Shown here piece by piece: positions 50,518 through 60,159 of a stretch of 64,000 nucleotides of DNA. The first letter of the stretch is position 1. Each line of letters begins with the position of its first letter. This DNA is from Andalucia godoyi And28. Taxonomy: Eukaryota > Protista > Jakobida. The position numbers and the translations under genes are program-made. Under the pieces are notes generated by a model. It was given only the letters and a program-made list of their open reading frames with translations. It was not told where the DNA came from and searched no databases. The stretch is from contig VRVR01000030.1 in NCBI GenBank assembly GCA_009859145.1, positions 53,097-117,096 on the forward strand. Reading direction: 5' to 3'.

Positions 50518-50886
50518 ATGATGAAGATTTTTCCAATGAGGCTGTTTAGCACATCGAATCCAAAAGTAGAGGGGTTGCTGCAGCGGTATCATGATTCTGG
50601 AAACCACTTGTTCCGAAGGTTTTGGTTCAGTGTTCCCGCTGAAAAGTGTGTTGGCACGGATTTAGACGACAAAGTTTGCAAGTTTGCGCAGAGCAGTGGG
50701 GTTGCAGGCTGGGTTGGACCTACGCCGTTTCTTAATCTTGAGGGAGAGGTGTTTGGGAGTCTTGAGCAGTGTAATTCAATGGAACAATGGCTCAGGAGCC
50801 AAGGCGCGGTCGTGCCGGACGATCGCAGATTCTTGCTTCGACAGCGATTGTTCTACGAGTTTGAAGTCATAGGAGGTGTGTACTGA
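50518..50886 (+). CDS. Acylphosphatase-fold protein lacking catalytic residues, possible mitochondrial presequence
   Basis: FAQSSGVAGWV...LEGEVFGSLEQCNSMEQWLRSQG matches the acylphosphatase core; N-terminus MMKIFPMRLFSTS. Confidence 0.6.
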   Translation: MMKIFPMRLFSTSNPKVEGLLQRYHDSGNHLFRRFWFSVPAEKCVGTDLDDKVCKFAQSSGVAGWVGPTPFLNLEGEVFGSLEQCNSMEQWLRSQGAVVPDDRRFLLRQRLFYEFEVIGGVY

Positions 50887-51080
50887 TCCGCAGCAGCCAA
50901 GCAAGTAGATAGAATTCCATGTTCCCTCCTTTCTTTTTTCCTATCTCTTGTATACTGTATTGGTGGTATCCAAATGTATTTGCTGACGAAATGCATCACC
51001 GTAGCTGCTGCAGAATGTACACAGCAGATGATGGGCAGTCCATGGCCGTAGCAAACAGCAACAAGAAGGAGAGACGGGGG

Positions 51081-54000
51081 CTAGTCAGAATCGTCACTGT
51101 CTAATAAACGTGTCTTGTGCCTCGTCCTGTGCGAGGTGCTTCCGTCAGGTGTTTCTACAGCAAGAACTCGATTGGGAAGTGCGTGCCGGCGAATCAATGG
51201 AGTCCCAAGGCATACTCCGGGCTGAAATCCCTCCACGTGCGAATTGGAGGAGGAAATATCATTATCATCATCGTCGCCATCATCGTCATCGTCATCGTCG
51301 CCATCATCCGATCGGCGAAACTCGTCGCTGTTGTACAACTCGGGATCTTCAAGGTCATCGGCATCATGGACCTCGGGCTCCGGTTCTCCGTCGGAACCCA
51401 GATCATCGCTAGACGAATGATCCGAAGCCCCTGATTTCGCGAGCTGGAAAATATGGTGCTGAGGAAGGACAATGTTTCTGCGGATTTCAAACGAGTACGA
51501 CACTCTGCCACTCCACGAAATTGGCATCTCCTTCAAAAATGGATCAGCAGCAGAAGGCGGCGAATGCAATGGCGGAGAAAGCAAGTATTCATAAGGGGGC
51601 CACGTCTCAAGATCTGCTGTGGCACTGGCTGCGTTCAGCAACTGCAGTGCAGCAACAGGACGGAATCTGCGAATGCAATCCGCACGAAAATTCGCAAACG
51701 CGGCGTTCTGAAACACTGCATTTTGGTGCTGAAGAGCACCAGCAGAACTAGCAAGATCACGCACCAAAAAAGACGATCTCTTTCCAAAGTATCCGTTTCT
51801 TTGCTGGTCCAGGGTCAGTAAACAGTCCTCCAACAGCCGTCCAACAACGTACACCCATCTCAGCTTCGGAAGCTTCCGACAAACTCCACTGGTTAGAATG
51901 TCACCATGACCCGAGACCATGATTCTCGCGGATGGATTTGATAAACAAATTGCCTCGAGTCGCGCAAGACTCGGCAAATCTACAAACAAGTCGCAAGCAG
52001 AGTCCAGCCAAATGCAACGGGGAGCACATCCGGAAAGCTTGATCATGTCGCGGTACTTCGGAGCTCCCAGCAGGGAGCGGCTCCTTTTCAGTTCTCGGGG
52101 AATCGGGGAATCGAGCCTGCTTTGCTTCGTAATAAAGTAGGAAACAGGATCGGACGCAGAGGAACGATGAATGGACGAAAAGGCTCGGCGAAACGGATCT
52201 CGGGTAGGAGGCGCGACAGGGACACAAAAAGAGAGTCCAATTGAATCTTCTGCGGATACGGGATGCACAGAGAGTATCTGGCTCGAAGCAGAGTCTGCAA
52301 ATTTTGAAGATGCGTATGTTTGTGACAAGTCCAATTGCGATCCTGGAAAGGGACAACGCTTGACAGTCGCACAGAGTAACGAAGAATCGCGCACGACCAC
52401 ATGAGGCAGCACCCAGAAGGTAGCATCGACAGACTTTCCTCTCGAGGAGACGGAAAGCCACGTCAGCTTCGGAAACTGGAGATCCAGGCGATGCACAGAT
52501 GTCGTCTCATTCTCAATCCTGATGCCCAAGGACTCGACAGCTGGCAAATCGAGGCTTGCTAGACTCTCCAAGCTAACGGGGCACAGAACTTTGAGTTGCG
52601 GAAACGCATGCGGACCATCCAATTCGAACCGCACAGAGTTGCTCCGTTTGACAGTGCACGCTACTCTCAGTTTTTCGCAGTTGGAGACATAGATTCGGAT
52701 TGGCGGGCCGCAAGCAGAGGCGGGGAGGATGTACAGGACTTCCAAGGAGGGCATGTTAGAAATGCGGCACTCTGGGGAATCCTGGAGAGCGACAACGACA
52801 TTTGTGATGAGATGCATTTGCAAATGATGGTCCAGATCACGGAATCTCGATTTTCTGGTTCTCGGGAAAAGACGGTTCGCGGTGTCTCGAACAGTCAGTA
52901 CCGGTTTCCTCCATGGAACGACGAAGGGCTGTGCCGGAGTGGATTGGAATTCAGACACAAACGGTGATGGTGTCACGGAATCGAGGGGCGCCGAAACTTG
53001 CCACATGGAAAAGGCAGAATGGGCTTCTATTCTCCCAATGGAGTTCAAGAACACGGTCATCGTCGCCGCATCTGCATCGGAGGCCTCCGAGGGATAGCTA
53101 GCCACGAGAAACACAAACTTGTCTCGGGAATGTTTGTGAACAGCCGACATGAACTTGAGCAAGGAATCGACAGATTCTTCAAAAGACAAAAAATGAGGCT
53201 CATCTCGGGCAGCATCGGGCAATGCCACAAGCCAGTATTTTGGAGACTGAGCAAAGTGGTCGCTTTGATGAAGCGAAGCCACCGCGGACAGTTCTGGAAG
53301 TGACCACAGCGATATCCGAAACGCCGTGGGGAAACCAGAAAGAGATCTGAACGCATAGAGCTGGTTCATGAAACTTCGATGGGTACGAGACATGGTGCCA
53401 AGGACAATCTGCAAATCTGAGAATCGCATACTGTCAGTGTAGCGATTGGAGCACGCATGAAATGGGAGTGAGGCCACTTCTGCATTGATGAATGCGAAAG
53501 GAACGTCCTTCATCCACGGAGGCAGAATTGTACAATCTGGCGGTAATGTCAGTCCGACGTCGGGGAACGACACATTTGGACACTTTTGGATTATGTATTC
53601 GACTTCACGGAGAGGCATTTCCATTCCCAGTGACGAATAGTGGCATTTTCGAGGAAATATGAGGCGCGAGGCAGCGTCGCCACGAAGGCTCTCTACAAAA
53701 ACGCGAAAATCCGGGCGCAATCGGATTTCAAGATTACCAATATCCGTATTTTCACTTGCCTCTATGAAATCGAAGAGTTGCTCTTGCTCTTGCTCTTGCT
53801 CTTGCTCTTGCTCTTGCTCTTCCTCCTCAGCGCCATCATGACGAGTGTCAAATCGGCCAAGACCACCATGTCCATCACCGCTCGCTTGCCGTTCCTCCAT
53901 TTGCTCTGCTTGCTGGAGATGCTGCTCCGTGTGCGAGAAAATCCGCTGGGAGTTTGCAAGCGGTCTTGCCGAAGAGGAAGATGAAATGGGAGGTGGAAAG

Positions 54001-54677
54001 CGCACAAACATCGGCAGCTCACTCGGATCGTTTTCCGAGTCATCCGTTGTTTCTGCCTCTCCCTCATCAACGGCACCCTCGTCGCTATTTTCCTCGCCTT
54101 CCTCACCCCCATCCGCACCATCATCATCATCATCATCGTTATCTACAACAAAGTCGTCCAGGCTATCCTGTTCGTCCTCTTCCGATTCGCTGTCCTCGAT
54201 ACCATCATCATCGCCATAATCACCATCATCACCATCATCTTGAATGCCAGAGTTCCTCAGTGTGAAAGCACGTTCATTAGCGTCCCCGTCGTCGTCGCTC
54301 CGACTGCTAGAACCGTCGTTCATAGCATCCTGGATCTCTGATTCTTCGTCAATAGCGCGGTCCTGCAGAAAATAGTCGCCTTCATAATCCACTCTCCATC
54401 CAATCATGCATACACCCGCTGTGACGGGGAACGAGCGAAGAAACCCGACGCCGATGAGATGGTCGTGAAAGTCGGATGACACATGTGAATACTTAGTTGT
54501 GTAGAAATCGTCAGGATATGTATACACATGATGCACTCCTCGCGTCGCTGCATACGCACTCTGACAACTCAGTGCAAAGTGTCCAATTTGTAACGCATTC
54601 AAAAACCTCGCAATGTGACCTATGCAAACCACAGGAAGCCCAATCAGTGACATCTCCTCCGTTTCACTTCCTCTCAT
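51081..54677 (-). CDS. F-box-like protein with acidic tracts and degenerate LRR region
   Basis: SLIGLPVVCIGHIARFLNALQIGHFALSCQSAY (F-box-like); LRR-like MPSLEVLYI, FPQLKVL, FPKLTWLSV, LPKLRWVYV; D/E-rich ends. Confidence 0.6.
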   Translation of the reverse strand: MRGSETEEMSLIGLPVVCIGHIARFLNALQIGHFALSCQSAYAATRGVHHVYTYPDDFYTTKYSHVSSDFHDHLIGVGFLRSFPVTAGVCMIGWRVDYEGDYFLQDRAIDEESEIQDAMNDGSSSRSDDDGDANERAFTLRNSGIQDDGDDGDYGDDDGIEDSESEEDEQDSLDDFVVDNDDDDDDGADGGEEGEENSDEGAVDEGEAETTDDSENDPSELPMFVRFPPPISSSSSARPLANSQRIFSHTEQHLQQAEQMEERQASGDGHGGLGRFDTRHDGAEEEEQEQEQEQEQEQEQLFDFIEASENTDIGNLEIRLRPDFRVFVESLRGDAASRLIFPRKCHYSSLGMEMPLREVEYIIQKCPNVSFPDVGLTLPPDCTILPPWMKDVPFAFINAEVASLPFHACSNRYTDSMRFSDLQIVLGTMSRTHRSFMNQLYAFRSLSGFPTAFRISLWSLPELSAVASLHQSDHFAQSPKYWLVALPDAARDEPHFLSFEESVDSLLKFMSAVHKHSRDKFVFLVASYPSEASDADAATMTVFLNSIGRIEAHSAFSMWQVSAPLDSVTPSPFVSEFQSTPAQPFVVPWRKPVLTVRDTANRLFPRTRKSRFRDLDHHLQMHLITNVVVALQDSPECRISNMPSLEVLYILPASACGPPIRIYVSNCEKLRVACTVKRSNSVRFELDGPHAFPQLKVLCPVSLESLASLDLPAVESLGIRIENETTSVHRLDLQFPKLTWLSVSSRGKSVDATFWVLPHVVVRDSSLLCATVKRCPFPGSQLDLSQTYASSKFADSASSQILSVHPVSAEDSIGLSFCVPVAPPTRDPFRRAFSSIHRSSASDPVSYFITKQSRLDSPIPRELKRSRSLLGAPKYRDMIKLSGCAPRCIWLDSACDLFVDLPSLARLEAICLSNPSARIMVSGHGDILTSGVCRKLPKLRWVYVVGRLLEDCLLTLDQQRNGYFGKRSSFLVRDLASSAGALQHQNAVFQNAAFANFRADCIRRFRPVAALQLLNAASATADLETWPPYEYLLSPPLHSPPSAADPFLKEMPISWSGRVSYSFEIRRNIVLPQHHIFQLAKSGASDHSSSDDLGSDGEPEPEVHDADDLEDPELYNSDEFRRSDDGDDDDDDDGDDDDNDISSSNSHVEGFQPGVCLGTPLIRRHALPNRVLAVETPDGSTSHRTRHKTRLLDSDDSD

Positions 54678-54933
54678 TTTCCCCCTCCTTCCCTTCAATC
54701 GCAGTTACTATCACCGCTCCTTCTTCGTCTTTTCTTATCTCATAAATATGAGAATGAAGAAATCCAAGTATTACTTCTCAAAAACAAGCAAACAATTCAA
54801 TCATCAATAAATAAATAAAATAATAAGAAGACAGAAAACCTGCCTGAGCAGTCGGCGCAAGTTCACGGATGGTTTTCCTTTTATACAACAGATGCTGCAT
54901 GAAGATCCGAGTTTCCCGACGCAGGATCAGGAA

Positions 54934-55805
54934 TCAAGAACCAGCGACAGCGGTGGCTGTGGCTGTGGCATTTCGTTCGTCGTCCATTTGGCTGATGATT
55001 TCTGTAAAGACGGCCTGAGGGTCCCAGATTGCGTCGTCTTCAAAGACATGTTCAGCGGGTGCAAGAGTGGAGACAAGCGCGCCGAGATCGACGTCCGGGT
55101 CGTCGGGTTGCGGCAAAAAGTACCGAACTTCTCGATCAAGTTCTTTAAGTGACTGTACTTTCGTCGACAGCACCGTCGGTGCATCCGATACGGTTTGCAT
55201 GGCCGTCTCGTCGGCAGCCGACTCATCATCCAGATCAGGAATCGCAGGAATTGCATCCGAGTCATCATCACTCATCATCAGGTTATTATTGGTATTGCCA
55301 CTGCCCTGTTTGCTCTTCCCAGAATCTCTACATCATCGTTACACACATTTTTTAAATAAAAATGCACATTTTTCGTTAGTAACCACAAACACACGCGGCA
55401 ATTAGCGACCAAAAAGGAAGAAAGAACCTCGGGCATAAGCATACGCATCTGAATTCACCCCAGCCCTTCTTCTCGGTCCAGAAGGAGGAACAGCCGATGA
55501 AGCGGTGCTCGAGGCCGTGTTTGTGACGTCTGTCGACGAAGATGATGACGCAGTAGACGAAGATGACGAGGCAGATTCATCCCAGCCGCCTTTTGATGTG
55601 GTCGGAGCGGTCTATTGGCCACAGAGCAGAGTAAAACATATATATTATTTAATATAAAAAACCACCATAATGTGTTAGTAGTGTTCGACTGAAGGAACTC
55701 AGCCGCCAAAGGAAAAAAGAAAGCTGGGTTTTCCACAAAAAGAAGACAAACGGTTTCGGCAGAATCGGATTTACCTGCTCTTCGACCTGCTAACGGGGCG
55801 GACAT
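54934..55805 (-). CDS. IFT43: Intraflagellar transport protein 43; probable exons 55805-55775, 55589-55459 and about 55305-54934 (splice sites tentative)
   Basis: IPAIPDLDD...KVQSLKELD...DVDLGAL...EDDAIWDPQAVFTEI is the IFT43 C-terminal domain; the upstream exons give MSAPLAGRRAG|GWDE. Confidence 0.8.
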
Positions 55806-56143
55806 TTACAAATGGTAGGGAGGTGGTGATGATAGCGTCGATGTTGTTGTTGATTGTTGCGGTGATGAACTGGTGGTAATGAGACTGGCAATAACGGAAT
55901 CATTTTTTTGTGGATCGTCTTCACTCGCCAGCAAAAGACAATGCTCGGATAGCGACTACAGGAGGCGGGACGGGGAGCATTTTCGGACAACCGAAGAGCT
56001 TCCGTGTTTTGGTCTTTGTTTTCTTCCATTTTCAAGTTTATCTATGATCTTCGCTTTCCCGTCTTTTCCCCGCCGTCTTTCTTTTCTTCTTCTTCATTGT
56101 GGAATTGAGGACTGAGGACACTCAGATCAAAAAAGAACAAAGC

Positions 56144-56959
56144 ATGGACAAGTATTTGGGTTATTCGATTGTGATCTTGTCGACTCTTATTCCGTCGCTC
56201 GTAGGTCGGTACTACTTTTCGACGTTGTCCGAGATTGCGGTGGCCGACGCATCGTTTGCATTTTATCGATGGCACCCGCTTCTGATGTCCATTGGCTGCT
56301 GCTTGATGCTGCCTCTTGCGTTCCTGTCGTTCCGGAGGATAGTCTCGACAGAAGCATCTGCAGCAGCGTCAAACATGCCATACGCGACGCGGAAAAACAT
56401 CCATGCGTCTCTGCAGATTGGCGCAGTTTCGTGTGTCGGCGCGGCGCTCTACGTCATTTACGCGCTCAAGGACGCCGCAAACCCCGACGACAGCCGACAT
56501 TTTTCGACGCCGCATGGAATCCTCGGTGCAGCCGTCGTTGTGCTGCTGGGCATGCAGGCTGTGGGCGGGCTTCTGTCGTTTACGATCGCCAGCAAACCAC
56601 CACCCGCATTCAATCGTGCGGCGCATCGAGTGCTCGGAACTGTCACGACAATTGCAGCGATTGCAAATGTCGGTGTCGGAATCGGAGTTTCCATGAGCAA
56701 ACGCCGTGATGCTGGACTCGATACCACAGAGGGTGATACAGTCCAAGCTGCAACTGCCGTCCTCACTGCTCTCGTACTGCTTGCCGCGTTCAGGCTGCCG
56801 CGATTCTCCGCCGCCGTCCCCGGGAGTTCTGCGAAATCAAACTCACTGAAAAAAAATCATGATGTAAACTACCGTAGTGGATTCTTTTTCTTCCCTTCCT
56901 GCTCTAGCATCAATTTCCAGTTACATCGAGCATCAAATCAGAATCTGCTGGCATCCTGA
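56144..56959 (+). CDS. Cytochrome b561-family (CYB561D-like) transmembrane protein
   Basis: Four heme-ligand His motifs: RWHPLLMS, RKNIHASLQ, HFSTPHGILG, RAAHRVLG; 5-6 TM segments; the 3' end may be spliced. Confidence 0.85.
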   Translation: MDKYLGYSIVILSTLIPSLVGRYYFSTLSEIAVADASFAFYRWHPLLMSIGCCLMLPLAFLSFRRIVSTEASAAASNMPYATRKNIHASLQIGAVSCVGAALYVIYALKDAANPDDSRHFSTPHGILGAAVVVLLGMQAVGGLLSFTIASKPPPAFNRAAHRVLGTVTTIAAIANVGVGIGVSMSKRRDAGLDTTEGDTVQAATAVLTALVLLAAFRLPRFSAAVPGSSAKSNSLKKNHDVNYRSGFFFFPSCSSINFQLHRASNQNLLAS

Positions 56960-57392
56960 TCTCCGAAATTCCCCATGAAATCTCCTCTTTTTCTTTTTTA
57001 CGCTCTTGTGCGCGAGAGAGATCAGGGAAGGGCTTCCCTTCGCGGGGTCCTCCGCCGCTCCTTAGCCCTCCAGCTGGCTTGCGAAGCCGCGCGCCTCACT
57101 CGGATCGATTGGGGAGTCCCCCTCTCCGTCGTGCATCTTTTATTGCTTATCTATTTATTTTAATTTTTTTTAAATTATTATCTTTCAAAAGTATCTTTCC
57201 TTTTCGATTCTTTCTTCTTTTGTTTTGGGATTTTATCTTCTAGTCTATTTGGAGTTGCTTTTTTAATTTTTGAGTTAGGGTCCGGTTATTTATTATTATT
57301 ACTTTTTCCTTTTCGCTTTCTCTCTTCTTTTACTTTTTAATAAATTGATTAGGTCGTAGGAGAAAAGAGACATATTGGATTGATTGAAGAAA

Positions 57393-58754
57393 ATGGGAGT
57401 TGATCAAGCAAAGAGCCAGTTTGAAGAAGTCGCACGAGAGATTGAAGCGTACTGGAAAAAGACGTTTGGACCGTCTCACTCGATCGAGGTTGAGCTTGAC
57501 ATGGACTCGTTTTCCAAGGCAGAGAACATGGAATCTGCACTGGAGTGGTTCATGACGGCGAACGGCTACTACTGGTCGTCTCCACTGAAGAACGCAATGT
57601 ACTATCTGTCTGCCTGGGAGGACGACAAGATTGTGGATGCGGTTTCGGAGGGTGTTTCGAAAATCACGTTTGCTCTTGAGCCGGGCACAGATACCGACAA
57701 GAAGACGGTTGAGTTTTCGAAGAAGGGCGACCACATCACGTTCAAGAACGTGTTGGAGGGCCGTTCATGGGCAGGTATTTTCGAATCGTACCACGAGTTC
57801 TACTCGGCGTTCATGGCCGCTGGACTCAAGTCGAAGCCGGAGTACAAGGTGTATCTGCTGTCGAGCGTTGCGCAGTCTTACCGAGTGCGCTACTGGGGTT
57901 GGCTCAACGAGGTTCGCGAGCTGATCGAGACGGACGGTCTGTTCTCCAAGAAGAACGAAGAGCTCAAGAAGGATGTCGAAGCACGCTGCGACGGGCTTTC
58001 CGACAAGGACAAGGTGACCGCTGTGTTTTCAAACCTTTTGAAGATCAACGAACACGGACGAAAGCAAAAGCGTGCATGCGCCATTGGTTCGTCCAAGTGG
58101 TACACTATGGATCTGACCGACGGCGGCAACAAGGCGTCGTCGTCCAACTTCAAGGCGTACAACTACGAGGATATCGTCTGCATTGACATTTATCCGTTGT
58201 CCAAGGTCGCGATTGGCGAAAAGAAGATTGGAGTCACTTGGTACACGACCGAGAAGATCGAGGATACGTCCATGTTTGGAAAGCTGTTCTCGGGATTCAA
58301 GGGAAAGTTGCCGGGTGTTAAACTGCCGGGAGTCAAGTTGCCTGGAGTGAAGCTTCCTGGAATCCCCATGCCGTCGATGAACCTACCGAAGGTCAGTTTG
58401 CCGTCTGTGAACCTGCCGTCCGTCGATTTGCCAAAGGTCAGCTTGCCTGATCTGCCAGAGGTCGACATCTCGAATCCCTTCAAGCGCCACAAGGAACCGA
58501 AGCCCAAGAGATTCCATCCGTGCAACACAAAGAAGGGCGGAATCACAAAGTACTTTTCGTGGATTGCAGACGGCCTTTCGACTAAGGAAGGAAACTTGCT
58601 GATCGAGGAACTCTCGTGGGTTTTCTATGCCGGCTACTCGGCAAAGACCCGACGATCGGATTACACTCCGTTCTACCTCAAGGAGGCCAGCAGACCCCAG
58701 TTCGAAACCGGTACTGAGATTGACGACAATCGTGCTGAGCTGACAAAGGAGTAA
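57393..58754 (+). CDS. Uncharacterised protein with internal pentapeptide (GVKLP / VSLPx) repeats
   Basis: About 453-aa ORF with strongly G/C-ending codons (AAG, GAG, TTC); GVKLP x3 and MNLPK-VSLPS-VNLPS-VDLPK-VSLPD repeats. Confidence 0.8.
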   Translation: MGVDQAKSQFEEVAREIEAYWKKTFGPSHSIEVELDMDSFSKAENMESALEWFMTANGYYWSSPLKNAMYYLSAWEDDKIVDAVSEGVSKITFALEPGTDTDKKTVEFSKKGDHITFKNVLEGRSWAGIFESYHEFYSAFMAAGLKSKPEYKVYLLSSVAQSYRVRYWGWLNEVRELIETDGLFSKKNEELKKDVEARCDGLSDKDKVTAVFSNLLKINEHGRKQKRACAIGSSKWYTMDLTDGGNKASSSNFKAYNYEDIVCIDIYPLSKVAIGEKKIGVTWYTTEKIEDTSMFGKLFSGFKGKLPGVKLPGVKLPGVKLPGIPMPSMNLPKVSLPSVNLPSVDLPKVSLPDLPEVDISNPFKRHKEPKPKRFHPCNTKKGGITKYFSWIADGLSTKEGNLLIEELSWVFYAGYSAKTRRSDYTPFYLKEASRPQFETGTEIDDNRAELTKE

Positions 58755-59475
58755 TTCCTCCCGCGTATCGTGAAGGGGTTTTTCTTCTTCTTTTTTTTTT
58801 CTTTCTTTTTTTCTCATTGCTGTTCATTCCTTCTTTGTTGTTGTTGCTGTGTTGTGTCGTGTCTTCCGTTCTTTTTCTTTATTGTTTTGCAGATGTTTTC
58901 TCGTTTTTCTTGGTGATCATGACGCGTGTGTGCGTGTGAGTGAGTGTGTGCATGCGTGCTTACTTGCTTGCTGCTCGTAAGTGTCGCTTTCTTGGTTTGA
59001 TTTCATGGATTCGCAAATGGCCTTTATGGAATTGGTTTTTATTTTATTTTGGTGACGAGGATCTTCTTGTTGTTTCGTTTGGTACGTTTTCGAATTCGAT
59101 TCATGATGGGGATATCGTGTGGGCTTGCTGGTGGTTCATTTGAAAATAAACTCGGAAAGCTGTTTCTGATTTGACCTTGTTATGTAACGTGTTTTGTTTT
59201 TTGTTGTTGCTGTTTTTTCTTTCTCCCTCTCTCTTTTCCTTCCTGCCTTCCTCTCGTTCCTGTCCTTTTTCTTCCTGCCTTTCGTTATCCAAAGCACGCT
59301 TTCGTGAGGTGTTGGCACATTGGAGACCGAGGACTGTGAACCGTGAAGAATTGTCACAAAACTCTGCCCTGATTAGTTTTGATGGATGATGCGAATGCCA
59401 ACTTCTTCATTTCCCAACATGGACAGCGGGAAACGACTGCAACCCTTGGACAGTAAGCACTGACTGACCAGACCG

Positions 59476-60159
59476 TTGCCACTTATTGCGATACGATGAA
59501 GCAATCTAAAGCGCACGCAAACAAAAAACACTGCCACGCACCATGCGCATGCGTTTGTTACAGTATCTTAACAACCCCGTCAGACGATGCCCGATTCGTT
59601 TCGCCCCGTTTTGATCATGAAATTCCTATAAACACGCCATCGCGTTTGCATTCTCGCACAGCGACGCTCATTTCATTTTCTTATTTTACTGTTATTGTCC
59701 ATGCAACGCACCATGTACGTCACGCCCACAACGCTGCGCAAGACCTGTGACATCTCCACCGCCACCCTCCGGCGCAGGGCCGCCGCCAGGAAAGATCGCC
59801 AAGGCGACAACTGCGCGGCAGCGGCTGCTCTGCAAAAATTGTGCGAAATCGCGGGGCGGCGGGTGTCGATTGTGACTTGTGACGGAGGAGTGCACATCTA
59901 AAGCGTGCGGCCGTTGCGGGGAAATCCATCGCAAGTCGTATGGAAGCAAGGTGTGTTTTGTTGCCCATCATGCAAATGCACTCCACCGCGATTGGAACGG
60001 CGCGCGCAACATCTGCATCTATCTTAGGAGCGTCTCTCATGTTGAGGGGCGTGTTGGGGCCTACCCCGTTCCCAATCATGATAGGCATGTTGTTGGGTTG
60101 CAACATTGATTATGGGTGATCAGCGGTGATTATCCGTGGGTTTGTGTACAATGTAGGCG
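59476..60159 (+). mobile_element. Internally deleted, degenerate IS607-like element: N-terminal stub of serine-recombinase TnpA fused to C-terminal Fanzor2/TnpB remnant
   Basis: MYVTPTTLRKTCDISTATLRR from ATG 59713 (MerR-like HTH of IS607 TnpA); RQRLLCK (59816-59836), RVSIVT-EECTSKACGRCGEIH, CPSC (alternate frame) and HRDWNGARNI (zinc ribbon + RuvC-III); termini shared with the second copy at 20268-20635. Confidence 0.85.
60009..60159 (+). ncRNA. Candidate Fanzor omegaRNA scaffold (copy 2)
   Basis: Lies directly after RDxNGARNI and runs to the element end; stems 60071-60097 and 60112-60137 are conserved with copy 1, with differences in the loops. Confidence 0.55.
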
